Assembly (NCBI GenBank): GCA_000320545.1
Contig: ADNK01000313.1
Span: forward strand, 1 to 64,000
Length of the DNA stretch: 64,000 bases
Direction of reading: 5' to 3'
From: Bigelowiella natans CCMP2755
Taxonomy: Eukaryota > Protista > Cercozoa
Shown: positions 1 through 11,677 of the stretch, one piece after another
Numbering within the stretch: the stretch's first letter is position 1
Layout of the letters: each line of letters begins with the position of its first letter
Notes under the pieces: model-generated
What the model saw: the letters and a program-made list of their open reading frames with translations, nothing else
Database searches by the model: none
What the model was told of the DNA's origin: nothing
Program-made: the position numbers and the translations under genes

Positions 1-84
1 CGTAAGACAGTATGTCGAGCATTGGCGCCCTCTTGCCCGCGTAGTTTCGTTTCTCTCTCTCTTCCTCTCTCTCCCTCTTTCTCC

Positions 85-122
<38 letters not shown>

Positions 123-209
123 AGAGAGAAGAAGATGGGGGATAGATGGAGGGGATGAAGAGTATTCGTGTGTGCTTTTTGATGCCGGAGTATAAGCATA
201 TCGTAATCT

Positions 210-508
210 CTACCTCGGCTCGCTCATAGATTTATTCTGGTACAATGATCGAATTTCCCATATTATCACCGCGTTTCTAAACACGATCATTAAAATGAAA
301 ACTAGATTTAGTGATGCAGTTAGATTCAAAGTGCTGATAATGATGGAAGCAAGTGAATGATTCATCCACACACACGTGCGTAATATATACATATACATAT
401 TAAAATGAAAACTAGATTTAGTGATGCAGTTAGATTCAAAGTGCTGATAATGATGGAAGCAAGTGAATGATTCATCCACACACACGTGCGTAATATATAT
501 ATATATAC

Positions 509-557
<49 letters not shown>

Positions 558-1633
558 TGCGGATGCATGGAAATAGCTGTTTACACAAAGGCCGTCATAT
601 TCGTACAACCTGCTCATACAGGCCAGAAGTTTCCCATCCTTTGAGATTTCCAGATCCAAAAATTTTTGCGTATCATTAACTGTCCTGTCTGTGGGAAAAC
701 AAAGGTTAGGTAGAATGCTACGCTCACTAAACACACACGCGCGCGCGCACGTACACACGCACACACAATACGCAAAGAAAATATATTGCAAGAACGCCTT
801 ATGCATTGTACTAGGTACAACTTACTCAAAGAGAAAGTCGCTCTTTCGGGCCCTAAACTTTCAGAAATGTAGAGGCCGTCTAAGTGTTGCGTGGATACGA
901 TGAATCAGATGTTGATGGAACTAAGTGGATATGAATCACATGTTGATCGATCTAGTTGATGATTGATCATTGTTCGACAACGAAGAACGTTCCGTCTTTC
1001 TCAAGCGATCATCGTTGCCCTAAGACCCCGCTATTTCCCAAGTCACAGTTCAACACCCCATCTTTTCCCCTTATTGAGTCGTTAGAATTATTGTAGGACG
1101 AATAGCTTTTAATCATGATGGTAGCTAGACTCCTAAGATTAGTGTTGAGAGAGCTGCTGTGACACCACCTTCTGGATGAGCTATGAAGATCATCCCGGCA
1201 GTGGGATGTACCGCCATTCGCTTGAGATTGGAGAAGGATTTCCATTCCTTATTTTCCACCACGAATTGATTTCCCCCGACTTCGTCACCCTGGATGCTAC
1301 ACGTTTTGTTTGAATAAATAAAAATGTCAAAACTTTTGAAGAGCTGCATAGGTCAATTCTAATGAAGACTAATGAGAGGATTAGATTATAAGGGAGACCC
1401 CAAAGCTCGTAGTTTATGCTCATATGGACCTACCGACTCTGAGGTGCAACATTCCCGTCCATTTTCAAAATCCAAGCTCGTGCGGCGCCCCTCCTCCTTG
1501 GAAGCACTTCAGGCTCCTTCCGTAGACAATTCAGGCTATCGTGTCCCTTGGGACCTACAACTTTAGAAGGATTGCAGTGTGTTTGTACTAAAAATACTGT
1601 AATATCCATGTCGCCTGTCGTATTTGCAGACAT
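210..1633 (-). CDS. Probable multi-exon gene with WD40/beta-propeller-like fragments (ends uncertain; may run off the left edge)
   Basis: Minus-strand peptide fragments RMAVHPTAGMIFIAHPEGGVT (~1160-1230), FLDLEISKDGKLLACMSR (~610-665) and VIIWEIRSL (~240-270) resemble WD40 strands. They are separated by intron-like, microsatellite-containing gaps. Confidence 0.4.
289..499. repeat. Tandem duplication, 2 x ~100 bp, period 110 bp
   Basis: The string taaaatgaaaactagatttagtgatgcag...cacacgtgcgtaatatata starts at both 291 and 401. Confidence 0.95.
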
Positions 1634-2297
1634 CTCAGCTTGATGTGAGAGACTGCAGTAGAGAATTCTGCGCTTGTATAAAAATTGTTATTTAATTTAG
1701 TAGTTTCTTCGATTGCATGTGGATAGTTATTTTAGCGCGGCTTTTTCTTGCAGTGTTAGCCGCGTTTACAAAATATAAGATTATTCATCGAGAAACATTC
1801 TTGATTTTTATCCAGAACCACTTTGTTCATTCCCAGGCCATCATCATGTTTCAAACAGGAAAAAAAAAATTACTCCCAGCCGCAATTGAAACGGCGACCT
1901 ACGCCGTGTTAAGGCGTCGTCATAACCAACTAGACCATGGGAGCTGATTCTTATGGAAGAATTTGCGTAAATATTACTTGTATTATAAATTTAATTCATT
2001 GCTTGTAGCTTGATGAAAAGGTCATTCACTTTTTGGACACTGAATCCTCCTCGGCCAACTTGCACGAGCCAAACCAAACTCTGGAAGAAGAATAACCATG
2101 CTTTTGGAATTACGACAAGAATAATTTGATGTCTCTCATACGTATTGTAAGAATTTTGAGGTGCGCTTTCAATCTGTGGTGCTCGTTCTTATAGCTGAAA
2201 CTCCATTTCCACTTCACGAACCTCCTCGCTCGAACGCTCGTATCCAAGTTCCGGACCCCTGGTTCACGTTCCATAGAATTGAGCTGAGTGCTAAAAC

Positions 2298-4020
2298 ATG
2301 GAAACTGTTGAGGCCCCTCCAGGATGGAAACCACATCTGACTGTGGCCGTTCGTGATGTTGGTGAAGTGGAGCCTCCCCCAGGCTGGAAGCATTCCTGCT
2401 CGTTGACTCCGTCATCATCGAATCCTCGAAAGAGGAAACGTCGTTCATCTGTATGTCCTACAAAGTGGGTTGCTGCAGGTGCAGACTACCCACCCAATTG
2501 TAAGCTGCGAGTTGAAGAGCTCTTTGAGCTTTACCAGATCATCGGGATTGCAAAGCCTGAAGAGCTTGCCTCTGCATGCCGCGTAAAGGAGATGCATGAA
2601 CGAAAACGTAATCCATGGCGTAAAGTGACAGAGCCTTTAAGTCGTATGCAGAGACTACTCTCATCTAAGGGGAAGCATTCCCCTTCGTCCTCTTCCGAAT
2701 TTCTGCCTGTGATCTCATACGACTCCAATTCGCTTCGCAGAACAATTAGACAACTGGATGGAGATTCACTTACGCTTCTACATAATCACCTCACAAAGAT
2801 CCCGCGCATTCAAGAGAATTGCATATCAAATATTGATCCAGGTATATATAATAGTCGTGATAGAACGACAACTTTGCGTCAAGCATGCTTACAATTTACC
2901 ATATTTTAGGCAGGTGTTTATTCTAGAAACATCTTGAACCATTTTCATTTTTATGTGCTATGGAATGAATTCAAGTACTAAAGGCTGCGATATCTACGTG
3001 TATGTTGCAGATAATTTCCTTCCGGTGGATCTCTGGGTGCGAGTCTTGTCCTTTCTTGATTTCAAATCGGTGTGGGGTACGGTTTCACGCGTTAGTCGCG
3101 GATGGTTTCAGGTTACTTGTTCTAAAAAGTACTGGGGCTCTCTGACAAACATAAAGCTGTCGCACGGATTTCCAGCGATCCGAGAGCTTAGCACATTCTT
3201 CATGCGACTTTCCGACGGGTTGACACATGCTGATTTTAGTGCTGAGATGTCGAGCAGGAGCGCAAGGTCGCTCATAGCCAATGATGAGTGGATCACACAG
3301 GTGCATTCGAAGATTTCAGATCACGTCGTTCGCCATCTTGGCGCTTGTCCACGCCTTCAAACCCTTGACTTAAGCAAATGTGAACGTATTTCCGACAACG
3401 GTTTTCTCTATATTGCGGGGTCTTGCCATCAGCTTCGCCTCCTGGATCTCACCGACTGCACGGGCATTACAGATAGATCACTAAACCAGCTAGCTTTTGG
3501 CTGTCCTGAACTGGACACAATCATCCTCAAAGGTTGCTACAATGTCACCGATTTGGGTCTCAGGGCTTTAAGCACAGGCTGTCGCAAGCTCGAGACAGTT
3601 ATCTTACGGCGTTGCCGGAATATTACGGACAATGGTGTCGCACCTTTGGCAAAATGTTTGAGCAAACTGAGAAGCCTCGACCTCTATAGTTGCTACCGAA
3701 TATCGGATGTGAGCTGTAAGAGCCTTGCCGAAAACTGCAGCTTGTTGGAAAGGCTCGTCCTTGGTGGCTGTCGGCAGATCACCGATAGGGGAGTTCGTCT
3801 TCTCAGCAAAGGCTGCCGCAAACTCAAGAAACTCGATCTCTTTGAAACAAAAGTCACTGCTGATGGGATCGTGCCAGCAACTCGTAATCTTGCGCTCGAT
3901 TCTCTCAACCTCTTCGGAACGAGCGTTACCAAGCAAGCCCTTTCACAAATGAACTTTCCCTTCGAGTCGGTCAAAGAGTTCTTCATAGAAATGAAACGCG
4001 GTGATGAAGCAACAGGATGA
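2298..4020 (+). CDS. F-box/leucine-rich-repeat protein (FBXL-type, cysteine-containing LRRs); join(2298..2841,3011..4020)
   Basis: F-box LPVDLWVRVLSFLDFKSVWGTVSRVSRGW is followed by repeated LxxLDLxxCxxITDxGLxxLAxxC units. GT at 2842 and AG at 3009-3010 join the two ORFs in phase. Confidence 0.9.
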
Positions 4021-4707
4021 AATTCTACGGGTGAGAATTGTTTTTCGCTAAGTATGAGCAGGTAAGAGAAGTTTTGATCAGGAATAGAAAGAAGTAGAGG
4101 CCGCGTGTGTCGTACTACACAGCACGTGGATGGCAACAGAAAGCCGCAGCTAGCTGCTAGCCTACGTACACATGGAGGTGTGCTTCTGTTACACTTCGTC
4201 AATCAATCAATGTAGTTTGGCTGATGCCCCATTGCGGCTTGGCAATGGCGTGCGCGCATAATAAGCTGCGCGAGTGATGTAACGCTATGACGTGGCCGGC
4301 ATGGCGCAACACTATTTATCGAGACGTAGGCTAGCTCTAGCTATGCTAGATGGACGTGCAGCTGCAGCCATGGCGCTCCATCTACGCACGTATTGTCACA
4401 TACAGTGTGTTACACAATCATGCTCTGCATAGCTACATCTAGATATTAGGACGGTAATTGCAAAAATGTAATCATTTCATCACAGCCATCTCATCATCAT
4501 TGGTGTATGCGATGCGCGGACTGCGTCGACGCTTGAGCGCCAAGCAGCTCATTGAGAGGCCAGCAAACGATATGCTAGGAAGCTCTTATTAGCCAGCTCA
4601 TTTCGGCCATCGGAACAATATTGTGGTGCGCGATTGATAAAACTTATCAAATGCAATTGAGAAAATAAATATTATAGGCCAGCCCGTAACTCAAAGCATT
4701 CGTCCTA

Positions 4708-6070
4708 CTATATCCAATTAAACGGCTTCCACGTCATGGGATAACTTCGTTTCTGAAACATAACAATAATGACGACACCGCCAACGAACGAATAGAGAAA
4801 TAATCAGATAGAGTAAATATCCTTCAAAGGATACTATTTTTGTGTGTCACCTTATCGGAGGAAAGATTGTTAACGAACAGGGCCACTACAACATGTGCCA
4901 TACTAGCAAATACAGCTGGGAAAAGAATGTACAGGAAGCCCAGGTCGTGCACACGGTTCATTTCCATAACTGCGATTAATGCGGTTGCACCTCCTGGAAA
5001 AAATGGAAACATGGAATTGGTCTTCTGTATAAGTGTATTAGTCTAGTGTATTAAATGTATCTCTCTTTTCGATGGACTTTAAAGACCAAGCATATAATTC
5101 CACCACCTGGGGGATGCAAAGAATTTGTCCAGTGCATGAAAACGATAGCGAAGGAAACGGCCAAAGCGCTCGCCAGCCACATAACACCACCATCACCCAC
5201 GAGATGCCATGAGCATATTCCAGCGAAAGCAGACACACCATTGCCCACTACTGCATTCCATGGCTGAATATGTAGGGTGTGATCAGCAAAAAGGCTTGGG
5301 AGACAGTATTTAAGGGAAAATGGGCAATAAATATGTTGTCCTTTCCATCTTATTTTTGAAGAACGATAGGTAATACACCTGAGCTAAGGGTGCTTTTGGA
5401 GCAGCGAACAGAAGAACAGCCTGGAATGTTTGTTGATGAAAATCAATGTCATCCGAAAATAAATCACAGAAGCAGGGCATACATGTACGAATTATACCCA
5501 CCAAAAGAATCACCTGCGCACCAAAAGAGCCAACAATGAAGATGAGATTTTGAGTGTAAGCCAAACATATCTCGTAGTGGATATAACACAGCAAGGCGAT
5601 TCCGAGAAAAGATCCAATCCAAGACCATATTACAACATTGGTACTTACCAATGCTGGAGCCTAAGTAGAGCGAACTTTAATTGTAAATCTGAATACGGGG
5701 CCTATTAATATCATCATGCTAGCAGAGAATCTGATCGGGTATATGTATTAGTATCTACACCCCTGGACAAGAAAACTGTAAAGAGAACCCCTAAGCAAGT
5801 AATCAAGCACACACATCCCCTCCCTCGTCATTCTCTGAGTGCTTGGTTGTGTTTACATTTATGTGGGTTTGTGTAGGTGTGAGTACATTCACATGCATTC
5901 ACAAGGAATATGTACATTTTTTTTAAAACAATGGTTACATCTCGTTTGTGTCTCCATCGATTGAAGTATGCTGCAAGATGGTTATCAGGTTCCTTCTTTC
6001 GCATCAATGGTTGAGATTCGATGCTTTCATTTTCATTGCTGGCCTGAAATAGTTCAGTTTTTTGAAACAA
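4708..6070 (-). CDS. HPP-family integral membrane protein (family includes plastid/cyanobacterial nitrite transporters); multi-exon, 5' end uncertain
   Basis: Spliced peptide ...WSWIGSFLGIALL...IVGSFGAQ|AVLLFAAPKAPLAQ|PWNAVVGN...SLHPPG|GATALIAV...VALFVNNLSSDK|KRSYPMTWKPFNWI*. Contains the SFGA, PLAQP-N and HPPGGA hallmarks. Confidence 0.9.
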
Positions 6071-6948
6071 GCGGGCGGAATTAAACGATTTAAGAACCGA
6101 TTTACGGGCTTAGCACCTCGATTTTTCTCAGCAGATAAATAAGTTCTTGTACGTGGGGCATTGCATCATGGTAATACTTTCCATTCACTTCGACTCCACC
6201 TTCAACGATTGTTCTCACCTTTTTCACACATGTAGTCTGAGTTGCGGGTGCGTCTCACTGGTCTTACTACCTTTACCTCTTCTATTGCTTTTGTCATGCT
6301 GCCCTAGCCTTGATCGAGAAAGATCTTTTGCAATGAAATCGATGTTCACGGAGACAGGGGAGGGTGGGTTTCTCTTGCAATAGTCGACGAAAGTCGTGAT
6401 CAACCTTCGGCCGTTCGGCAACAGACCCGCTGAAGAAGAAATCGTTGTTAAATAAACCCATTGTCTCGTTTAAGAATTTCTACCTAAAATCATCCGATTG
6501 TGATCACCAGACCTTCATCGAAAACGACATGCGTTTTCTTGGGTTTTCTTGTCGTTGTTGTTCCGGGAAAAGCTTTCGTGATGTTCAGCCTGATCCGACA
6601 GATATTTGTGACTTATTCGAGTGCACGCTCGTGGAAACAGAGTAAGATAGTGTCCTGCGACATCCGATAAAAAGGCATTCCGACCAAACTTTTCATGAAG
6701 AGCGAAGCGCAAAAACACCGTTTTGCATGAATTCGACGTTTCGACGTTCGTGTTCATCATTTGCCTTTCAAAAATTTAACCTCAATATTACAGAAAACAT
6801 GTGGTGTATGAGCCAATTTTAAAGACATCGACAACCTTCTGATGGAGAATTATTAGAAAATTGCCTCCAGGCCTTCCTCCAACACTGTTTCAATGGATTT
6901 TTTGCATGCTGAATATTTAGAAGATTTTTGTGAGTTGATGCGGAGCGT

Positions 6949-8050
6949 ATGGCTGAAAACAAGAACCTGGAAAAGCCAACTCCGAGTGGGTACATTACGT
7001 GCAAAATGGGTTTCTATGTCTCGGGTTACATGTACAACAGAATGCATGTAGATCTACGAGAAAAGTTGAGGCGTACTTGCTTCGGAGCTGTTCTTCAAAC
7101 AGAAGAGATCTTGGACGAAAGATTCACCAAAAACGTTGTCGTAGGGTATGAAATCATGACATTTAGCAGTTTGGAAAAGAATTTTCCGATGAAGATCAAT
7201 CCTTGCTCCCGAGCTGCCTCCGCCTTCCCTTCCACCTGGCAGCTACAGCCTCTTATCCCATAAATCCATGAACCAAACACATCCCCACACCCCCACCTCA
7301 CCACAGGATGTCAGCAGCAATATTTTGAGACCTCGCAGGACTCGAAAAAGGAAACCAGAAAACTTCGGAAGTCAGTCCGAATCCACAATCGAGAAGAAAT
7401 CTCGTCAGGCTCCAAATACCTGCCAGCGCCAAATAGGGCCCTATTACTCTGCAGCAACGCTCTCAGTAATAGATAGTTTTATTCGTACATTCAATCCTGT
7501 TATTTCTGCTCTCGACTTTGATGGAGCTGAACTCTGGATTGAGCCGACCCGTAATGCAGGTAATTGTTCTTTTCTCACATGTTCTCATGTTTGTCGGTAA
7601 ATGCAAGTGCTCTTATCCAGGCTTTCTGAAGCATGGAGGAAGAATTCTATCAACCGCACGACTGGATGTAGATTTGGAAAATGACAGTTTCAGCCTATCT
7701 CAATATAGGTGTTAACACCTAACCCCGCTCGAATTCACACGGAGTTGATGGCTGTTTTTTGTCTTCCAAGGAATATCGTCAGCGGTGTATTCAAAAACTG
7801 CTGCAAATTGAGTCGTTTCAGAAAGTTAGCTGATTCGAAAGGCTGTATAAATTGGTCTGAGCAGAAAGAAGTTACTTTCGGCAAAGTTTTGACGGATCAA
7901 GTAAAGTCGTTGGTACTGGTATCTCTGAACACCCCAGAAGGTTTCTTATACCCATCACGATCCGATTTTGCTGCTTGTGATTTTAGTTCTCCCTTCAGGA
8001 ATTCAGTTCATAGTTACATTATTTCGCAACTCTCACGCCTACAACATTAA
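6949..8050 (+). CDS. Hypothetical multi-exon protein (start may be 7268)
   Basis: Consecutive + strand ORFs (7268-7559, ~7621-7709, ~7780-8050) are linked by short GT..AG gaps. Basic NLS-like stretch RPRRTRKRKP. No recognised domain. Confidence 0.45.
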
Positions 8051-8092
8051 TGAAGAAAGGTTCACACAACACACACGCACATAATATGTATA

Positions 8093-8128
<36 letters not shown>

Positions 8129-8671
8129 CACATATATTTTATTTTTTCTATACATTGTTGAAAATTATATCTCTGATAATTTGAAATCTCAAAACTCTAA
8201 ATTCGATACTCTCAGGAAATCAAAAATTTTGAAAGCTGTGAGGAAGTGGAGCTCAGAGAACAGATAGTAAATAGCTAAGAAAAACCTAGTTGGATTAGAG
8301 ATGAGAGCAATGTTAAGATTTTATTGCTGATCGAGCGGTAGTACATTTGCCATTTATTTCAATGAATGTATACAACCAGCGTTTTTTTCCGTACAATCAT
8401 GGAATACAAATGCACATAGAAACACGCACTAATACTAGAATGGTGCATGCGTACGAGAGGTGCACGCACGCATCGTACATGCACAAAAGCGCTAGAGCGG
8501 CGAGCGGCAGTTGATCGATGCATGCGTGCCAAAGGACATTGATGCATTCAAATGCATGAAACACGACACACCAGAGACAAATAACAGACACAACATACAA
8601 GCGCTGTGGCCGCTGCATTGCACAGCGCTAGCTGCTTCAGGATGACAATGCACAGCTCCGTCAAACCTGTA

Positions 8672-11125
8672 ACGAATCGCCAGAACATGCATTTGGAAGC
8701 TTTTGCGCGCGACCAAGCGCGTCATGTGATGTGATGGACATTGGATTTGTTCTCATTCTTTGAAATTTTTCGTGCATGTCACATTTGGTCAAACACACGC
8801 GCAAAAGCATTCAAAATGTGGCAGAGAACAAACGCGCAGCGTGCATCCTCTGCACAACGCTAGAACGGGGGTGAATTTTCACACTTTGCGCGCTCACTGA
8901 GGCCTTGAAAGTGGACATTTGGGTCAACATTTCGGTCATTTTTTGAGGTTTGGCCATCGGACAAGTTCTGATGACTTTTCTTTGACCAACTGCAACTGCC
9001 GCCTGCTTCAAAGCGCGTCGCAAAGCGCTGCACTGTTCACAACCTCGTCGTTGCCGGGTTTGACGGAGCTGTGTGGACACAGTGACATCACCTAGTCATG
9101 CGATGCATCACACATGCCAGCATGCATCGCCAAGCATGCATGTCTGTCGATCACGATGTGACCGGCCAATGGAACATGAAAACACTTCATTGCATCATCC
9201 GTGCTCACATGCACACTTGCACTCTGGCAGCTAGCAGTGCACGCATGTGTGAAAGATTGACTTGCAATGAGAAGGAAACACACACTGCTGCGCGAAATGC
9301 GCGCCATTCAAGACCGAAACAACGTGCATTTGATTGCACGAAACACACGTCACACAGCAGCACCAAAGTGACGATTCAACATCAGCGGGCTGCAGCTGCG
9401 CTGCATTGCACAGCCACAACATGCATGATGCATGAGGATGACCATTGAACACGCTCATTGATTTGCGATTCATTGCATCCGTGTTGGAGTGCTTTGCACT
9501 CATTCAGCACGCGAAGTGCTTGCTTGCAGTGGCCAGCGCCAACAGCAGAGAGATCTGCGGGCGTTTGCAGGCTGCGACAAGCACGCAGCAAGAGGCTGCG
9601 AGTGCAGGCGAGTTCTGTGCCTGCGACAAGCATGTCACAGCACAGCGCTGCATGCGCCTCCTTTGTGCCAACAAAGGAAGTGGGCCTGACTGCATGCCTC
9701 GCCACTCGCTGCAGCACAAGTTGGTTTCAGGTGATTTCGCCTGATGATGTTGACTTGCATGGCGGCATGCATGTTGAAAAAGGTCAAAACATCAACACAG
9801 AATCGAGGCAGCCGCTTGTGCAGCTGTCCTCCTGCCCTTCCTTCCTTCCTTCCCACCTCCACCCAATCGTGCCACTGGCCTGCATTCTGCAGCGCGCCAC
9901 CCATTGCTTCCAACAATCCGTCTTGCAGTGTGACTGCTAGACTGCTTCGTCGTGTCTGGATGTGCGCGTGACACGCTGGCACGTCCTGTTCAAACCGCGC
10001 GCACAGCGGGCACCAGGGCAGCGTTGTGCGGGTTCCAAATGGATTTTTGGCACGCTCTTTTCCCCAAATTCTGCACGTTCTGCGCGTGCCGACGAGGCGG
10101 ACGTTTTCAAGTGCAACAAGCATGTCACGCGCGCGCATCACGTGCACGTGTTTCTGTTTCTGCACGTTTTGTGTCAAAAAATCGCCATTTGCGAAAAGTG
10201 AGCACGTGTGAAATGAGTTCACCCAGTTCACACGGTGTTGGGACACCGCAGAGCTCGCGCACTTGCTCGACACGCATCAAAATTTGGCTTGTCGCAAGCA
10301 CCACGGTGGCTGAGTGTGAAAGTGCAACCATTTGTCTCAAAGTCCATTTCGTGCAGACGAAGTCGCATCACTTTGAACACCACTCAAATGAAAGCAAAAA
10401 AACCCGCAAATCGACGCACACCTTTCTAGTTTTGGTCTAGCTAGCTGCTAGCTAGCGCATTCAGTTTTGGTCCAATTTCGGATTTTTTTGCAGATTCAGA
10501 ACCGTCTTGATTGGAGCTTTCCAGCTTTGAAGAGGGTGTCAACCATTTTCATCAGACCACACTGGGAAGTGCTCAAGTTTCAAAAAAACAATCAAAAAGC
10601 GCCAAACAAATGATGCATGTCCATCATCCAAACAGCTGGTTTTGGCACACACTTGCGTCAAAAATGCTAGAATGGCCATTTTGATGTTTGTTTTTGAAGT
10701 TTGAGCACTTTCCAGTGTGACCTCTGAAATCTCCAATCACGATGGCTCTGAATCTGCAAAAAAATCCAAAATTGGACAAAAATTCGCTGCGCTAGACCAA
10801 AAAGTGCCTGCGCTGTGCGCAAGGGGCACGAAAATCATTCGTTCAAAAGCATGATGCGACCCCCTGACGGAGTTGGGAAAAACGTGATTGGTTCAGCAGG
10901 CTAGCAGGGTTGACCTCTAGCTCAGCTCCAACCGACTTGTGCATGGTTGCCGAGAAAACTCACTTTTTGTGAAAATGCGCGCGTTTGAACAGGATGTGGA
11001 CTAGCTAGGTCCAGAGGTGATCGAGGCTGGCATGCTGCTAGCATGATGATGAAATGATTGCGATGCATTTTTTCAACACGTGGTCATCCCAATGATGTGC
11101 AACTGTGCTGCACATGCCAGCAGCA
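8672..11125. other. TpA-free hypermutated intergenic domain (only CTAG retains TA), probably decayed repeat/TE DNA
   Basis: No TA dinucleotide outside CTAG over 2454 bp; 16 CTAG. Rich in TGCA/CATG/GCAC. The ORF translations wholly inside it that I checked lack Tyr. Confidence 0.9.
10428..10803. mobile_element. Foldback/MITE-like element, ~375 bp imperfect palindrome
   Basis: Outer arms ~10428-10525 (ttttggtctag...gtccaatttcggatttttttgcagattcaga...tgattggag) and ~10722-10803 are reverse complements. Inner arms 10558-10595 (cacactgggaagtgctcaagtttcaaaaa) and 10681-10719 also pair. Confidence 0.65.
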
Positions 11126-11417
11126 TATCCAGACATGCGCGTGTGTGTGAGCCTCTAGCTAGCTACCGATGCATGCATGTGCGTGCGTGGCGCATCGCAC
11201 GCCACGCAGCAGCTTCTTCGTTCGAACTATAGGCAGCCTCGCGTTGCGCATGCAAGCGCGAACTCTAGCTTGTCGCGTGATCGAGTGAAGAAAAAGCCGA
11301 AAAAAGGAACTTGGCTTGCTTGCCTAGTTGCGTAGCGTGTGACTAGTGTGACATTGACAAAAAATGATGCGGCACATTATGCATGCGCATGCACATGATA
11401 TCAATGATGTTAGCAGC

Positions 11418-11456
<39 letters not shown>

Positions 11457-11677
11457 ACGGAATCTGACACACCTAGTCACAATCATCTTTAAGTGACATG
11501 ATGATCATGCATCGATCGCATCATGCACAATTCCAAACACCGGTGCATGGTCGAACAAAACGAAAGATGTTTTCAGCATTAAAACTTATATTGAATGCGT
11601 GGTTGCATGCTACACATGAGAAAAACCACACATGCTCGATCATTGGTTTTTATCTGCCGATTTTGCATCATCAGTGA

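Noticed and set aside
8811-10736. Dense overlapping Cys/His/Ala-rich ORFs on both strands (also 36024-38010)
   Set aside because: Loss of TpA removes TAA, most TAG and all Tyr codons, which inflates ORFs in all frames. No convincing domain; PWCPLC is only a weak thioredoxin-like hint.
8672-11125. CpG methylation/deamination or classical RIP as the cause of the TG/CA excess
   Set aside because: CpG remains frequent (gcgcgcg, acgt, tcg). CpG decay does not remove TA, and RIP would increase TA.
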